From Nemertoderma westbladi (taxonomy: Eukaryota > Animalia > Xenacoelomorpha): a stretch of 64,000 bases of DNA. The DNA lies in assembly GCA_032718475.1 (NCBI GenBank), contig JAUCBJ010007025.1:6365-70364 (forward strand). Reading direction: 5' to 3'. The notes beneath the pieces are model-generated. The model did no database searches, was not told the origin of the DNA, and saw only the letters and a program-made list of their open reading frames with translations. This document shows positions 60,174 through 64,000 of the stretch, piece by piece. The first letter of the stretch is position 1; every line of letters begins with the position of its first letter. The translations under genes and the position numbers were made by a program.

Positions 60174-63017
60174 CTGTATCCGGACCTGATCGCCAACAGC
60201 AAGTGGTTTCAGATCTCTCGCAGATCGGTTGTATTGTTCCGCATGTAGTCCGTGCAGATCCGCGGCTTTTTGATCCGTGCGCTTAACATCTTCCTGCCAC
60301 AATTGTTTAAAGTTAGAGTGGTGGCAAGGTAGTCTGGTTCTTAGTCGTCGGCCATATACGATCTCGTTCGGGGAGCGCCCATTGGACCGTGGAGTATTCC
60401 GGTACTCCAGAAGTCCCTCTTGGAACTTTTCGGAATGAATACTCGGGTTCTGGAGTTTTCGTAGTAGCATTTTTTATCTGCTTTACGCTTGACTCCGCAT
60501 GTCCGTTACTACTGGGAAAGTGCGGGGTGCTTGGTTGCCATCTAACTCCCCAATGCTTGAGGAACGTTTTAAATGTTTCTGCGGCAAACTGTGGGCCGCC
60601 GTCTGTGCGCAGAATATTAGGCACGCCTGTGTCGGTGAACCATTTCCTTATTACATTAACACACTGCTGGCTAGATGGATCAGCGTTCCACTCCGCCACT
60701 ATAGGGAAGCCGGAGTAACGATCTGTATATACCAGGAAGTGTTTTCCACCAAGTTCGAATAAATCAAAGGAAGCGGATTGGAATGCGCGGTTGGGTACAG
60801 GGTCTGTCTGTAATGTCTCCTTGGGGAGGCTGGGTAGTACTCCCTGACAGGTGTCACATTGGCCGACCATGCGTTCAATATCGGCATTGATGCCAGGCCA
60901 ATAGACGCTACTTCGCGCGCGCTGTTTCGTCCTAGTGACTCCGAGGTGAGGGGTGTGTAGTTGTTTAAGAACTTCGCTCCTCTGTGACCTCGGTATTACC
61001 AGGCGGTCCCCAAACAATACCAGGTCATTGTTGTATAATGATAAATTGTCACTGATCGACCGGTATTCTTGTACCGAAGGTGGTGCGGTGTGGACTTTGC
61101 GGAAGTCGTCGCGAATATTTTCAATGAGTTGTTGGAATTCTGGATCGACGCGTGCTGCAGCTCGTAGTCCTTCGATCAATTCATCTCCACTGTCGGAGTC
61201 TGATCCGTGAAGGTGCTGGTTGATCGCGTTAATCACTAATGGTGTAACATCATTTGTGTCATCTGGTGCCGGGTCAACTGGGAAGCGACTAAGTGCATCT
61301 GCAATGCGATGTTGTTTTCCCTTTTGCCATATTAGTTCAAATTGGTATCTTGATTGTAAATCTGCCTTGATCTTTTGTATATTGCGATTTTCAATCTGAT
61401 CGAGGTTGTATGAATTGAAAATTGCCAACAGAGGACGGTGATCGGTGACAACGGTGAATTTCGGTAAGCCAGCAAGATATAGTCGGCACTTCGAGATGGC
61501 ATAATGAATTGCGATACTCTCCAACTCTATTACCGCATACCGTGTTTCAGGGTCTGTAAGGAATCGGCTCCCACATGCGACTATTTTCCAGTCGTTACCA
61601 TGTAGTTGTAGGAGGTCGAATCCAAAGCCATATAGCCTGCTGGCATCTGTTTCAAGGCGGGTTTCTCGGGTTATGTCGAAGGGCGCTAGTACGGGGGGGC
61701 TAATCAGCGCTTTTTTAACTTTGGTAAATGCAGCATCGTGATTGGCTGTCCATACGAACGCGTTTCGTGCCTTGATTGTCTCATTTTTATAAGCTGGTAT
61801 CGGTCCACCATTATGTTATGTTGCGCCCGAATATAGACATGTATGCGATCTAAAATATCGTCAACGGATAGTCCGGTGTCTGGGTCCACATCCATTAGAT
61901 GTCGTAAATCGATTAACATTTCATTACTGCAGTATGTATAAAAGGTGGCGACTTGTTCCTCACGGGGCTTATCCTGGAGATGTGTAACTGTGCTGTAATT
62001 TCTCCAAGCAGTACGCCACTGTTGGAAGGTAGAATATTTGGTTCCCCTTTCCAGTTTATCTGGCATCCGCACCTGAAGTCGGACTGTAGGACTCTCGGAG
62101 GCGCGTCTGTCAGCTTGTCCCACTGTGTGGGGACCGTGTTCGCGAATTAGGAGTAGTAGTTCTTCACGCTCAGCGCGGCGGCGGAGTTTGCGGTCAGCCT
62201 GCCGACGGAGTTCATCCGCCTCCCGTGCGAGGTGTAATTCCTCGCGTTCGGCTTGACGCTGCATCTCCATATGTTGGAGTAATTGTACGAGATCCGAGTT
62301 TGGGTTGGGTTTAACCTCGTCCGTTGCGCTGTTGTCGTCACCTTCTTTCAAGTAACGGTGTAGTAAACCTCGAAGACGCAGGGATGAGTCTTTCGCTGAG
62401 GTTCGTATTCCTGCATTGGCACAGTGCTGAAAGAGGGTCGCTCTGTCCATGTTCTCGATATCCTCCACATTAAGTTCTAGTGTATCGTCTAGGTTCGCCA
62501 TTGCCGGATCGACCAGAGACGGGATTATACCGTCAACTTTTAGGGCAGCTAAGCCGTAGTGCTTGTCTCCCCCTTAAGGTGGCGGGTTTGACTCGGCGTC
62601 GCCGTAGAGAGGGAGGCACGAGGTGATATTCTCGCCCTTCGTTAAAGGTAGAACGCCAGGCTGTTCCTCCGGAATTTGGAAGGCTAGGACCTGCCCCCCT
62701 ACACTGGGAATGATGCCCGTATGGCGTATCTACCGGGGTCCTTAACTTGCATTCTTATCTATAATAATGCTGTATTCAAATAGGCCTATAGGGTAGGTAA
62801 GTCCGGATTACTGCGCCATGGTCTGTATAGAAAGCTGATATATAGTGCAGTCAATACAGCAATAAGTATAATAATAGAGATAACCACGGTACTGCTGTAC
62901 AAACATAAATCTTACACCGACACCATAATATAAGTAAAGGGGCGAGCCATATATTACAATAGTACCATCCTACATGGATACACCACTTTGTGTGCCTATA
63001 TTTTAACTCACTCAGCA
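60174..63017 (-). mobile_element. Mag-like Gypsy element: putative 5' LTR (about 62819-63017), PBS, gag N-half fused by deletion to RNase H-integrase; cut by the BEL LTR in the IN tail
   Basis: PBS TGGCGCAGT at 62810-62818; gag 61704-62501; ETDAS, VTDHRPL, IADALSR, HLG..VYWPG..CDTC, TDGGPQF, SNGHAE; PR and RT missing. Confidence 0.85.
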
Positions 63018-64000
63018 GTTGTGTAGACCTAATTTGAATTGTAATATAAATTTTCAATCTCAATTTGAAGCTTATTTAATTGACGCTTTCTATGAAGGAT
63101 TCTCCGTCTCCGCCCCCCCCCCCCTCCCCCCCCCCCCCCCCCAATTAGAAGCCAGATTCCCGTTTCATCACTACTGTAGTGCTATAATTTTTAGAACATT
63201 TAGAAATATTAAAGGGGGCGGTAATATTTCAAAATTTTACAAAAATTATATCCTATATTGCAAAACGAAATGTTTTTAGATTAACACCAGTGGTTATATA
63301 AATTCATCCCTGCCCTAGTCGACACCTCCATTCGTCTTATCTCTCAGCACACCTTGGCGGCTCATTCTTTTACATGTATACACCCCCACCCCCCTCCCAA
63401 CCCCACCCAAACAAACAAACACGACCAACACACAATGGTTACGAACTTCATTCAAACAAAATACCTCATTAATAAATCTATTAAGCATCCTATGTAATAT
63501 AGGCACCCTATTCAATTATTTAATAATGGCCTAATTGCGCATTCAAAATATATATATATATATGTATATAACATAGAAAATTTCATAGTTACCCGCTAGA
63601 TGACGCTAAACTTTGTCAACTATATACATGTATAACTATTTCTTATACATACCGCATATCTTTCTCAGTGGGACCAGTGGCCTAAAAGCTGCGAGGAATA
63701 TACATATATGTATATCTACTGATACATTAAGACTGTACTGACAATGCAGAATACAGTACAGTACTAGGCCTACCGTGTTCCGTGTACACTGCCGGTACAG
63801 ACTAAATAATTCGATTACACTGATATGGCGAACAAGTTTGTTAGTGTTCAAAGCGAGATCTCCTCCCTAATCCGTTCAATTAAAGGGAAGAAAAGCATGT
63901 CTAACGACGACGATAAACATGTTACAGACCTATTATCTTCGTTAACTGCTTTATACACCAGTGCATTGGGCGATATAGCCGAGGCAAGGCAAACCGCGGT

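Overview
Eukaryotic (metazoan-like) transposon nest around one intact host gene, a 3-exon p24/TMED (TMED3/7-like) gene at 22014-28456 (+). The largest feature is an 18.8-kb BEL/Pao LTR retrotransposon (41350-60173, -). In the position normally taken by env it carries an intact 1417-aa ORF with a DEDD-type 3'-5' exonuclease-like domain, three CCHC zinc knuckles and a basic tail. A second, divergent BEL/Pao family (about 9376-15350, -) carries a frameshifted homolog of that ORF in the same position, so it looks like an old, conserved accessory gene. A non-autonomous Gag-protease-only derivative of the first family occupies 1-8730. Also present: a young Gypsy element with a deleted integrase core, two truncated Mag-like Gypsy elements, a decayed LINE with a Ulp1/SENP protease domain, and RTE- and CRE-like LINE pieces in TMED intron 1. 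All alignments and motif calls were made by eye; no database searches were run.
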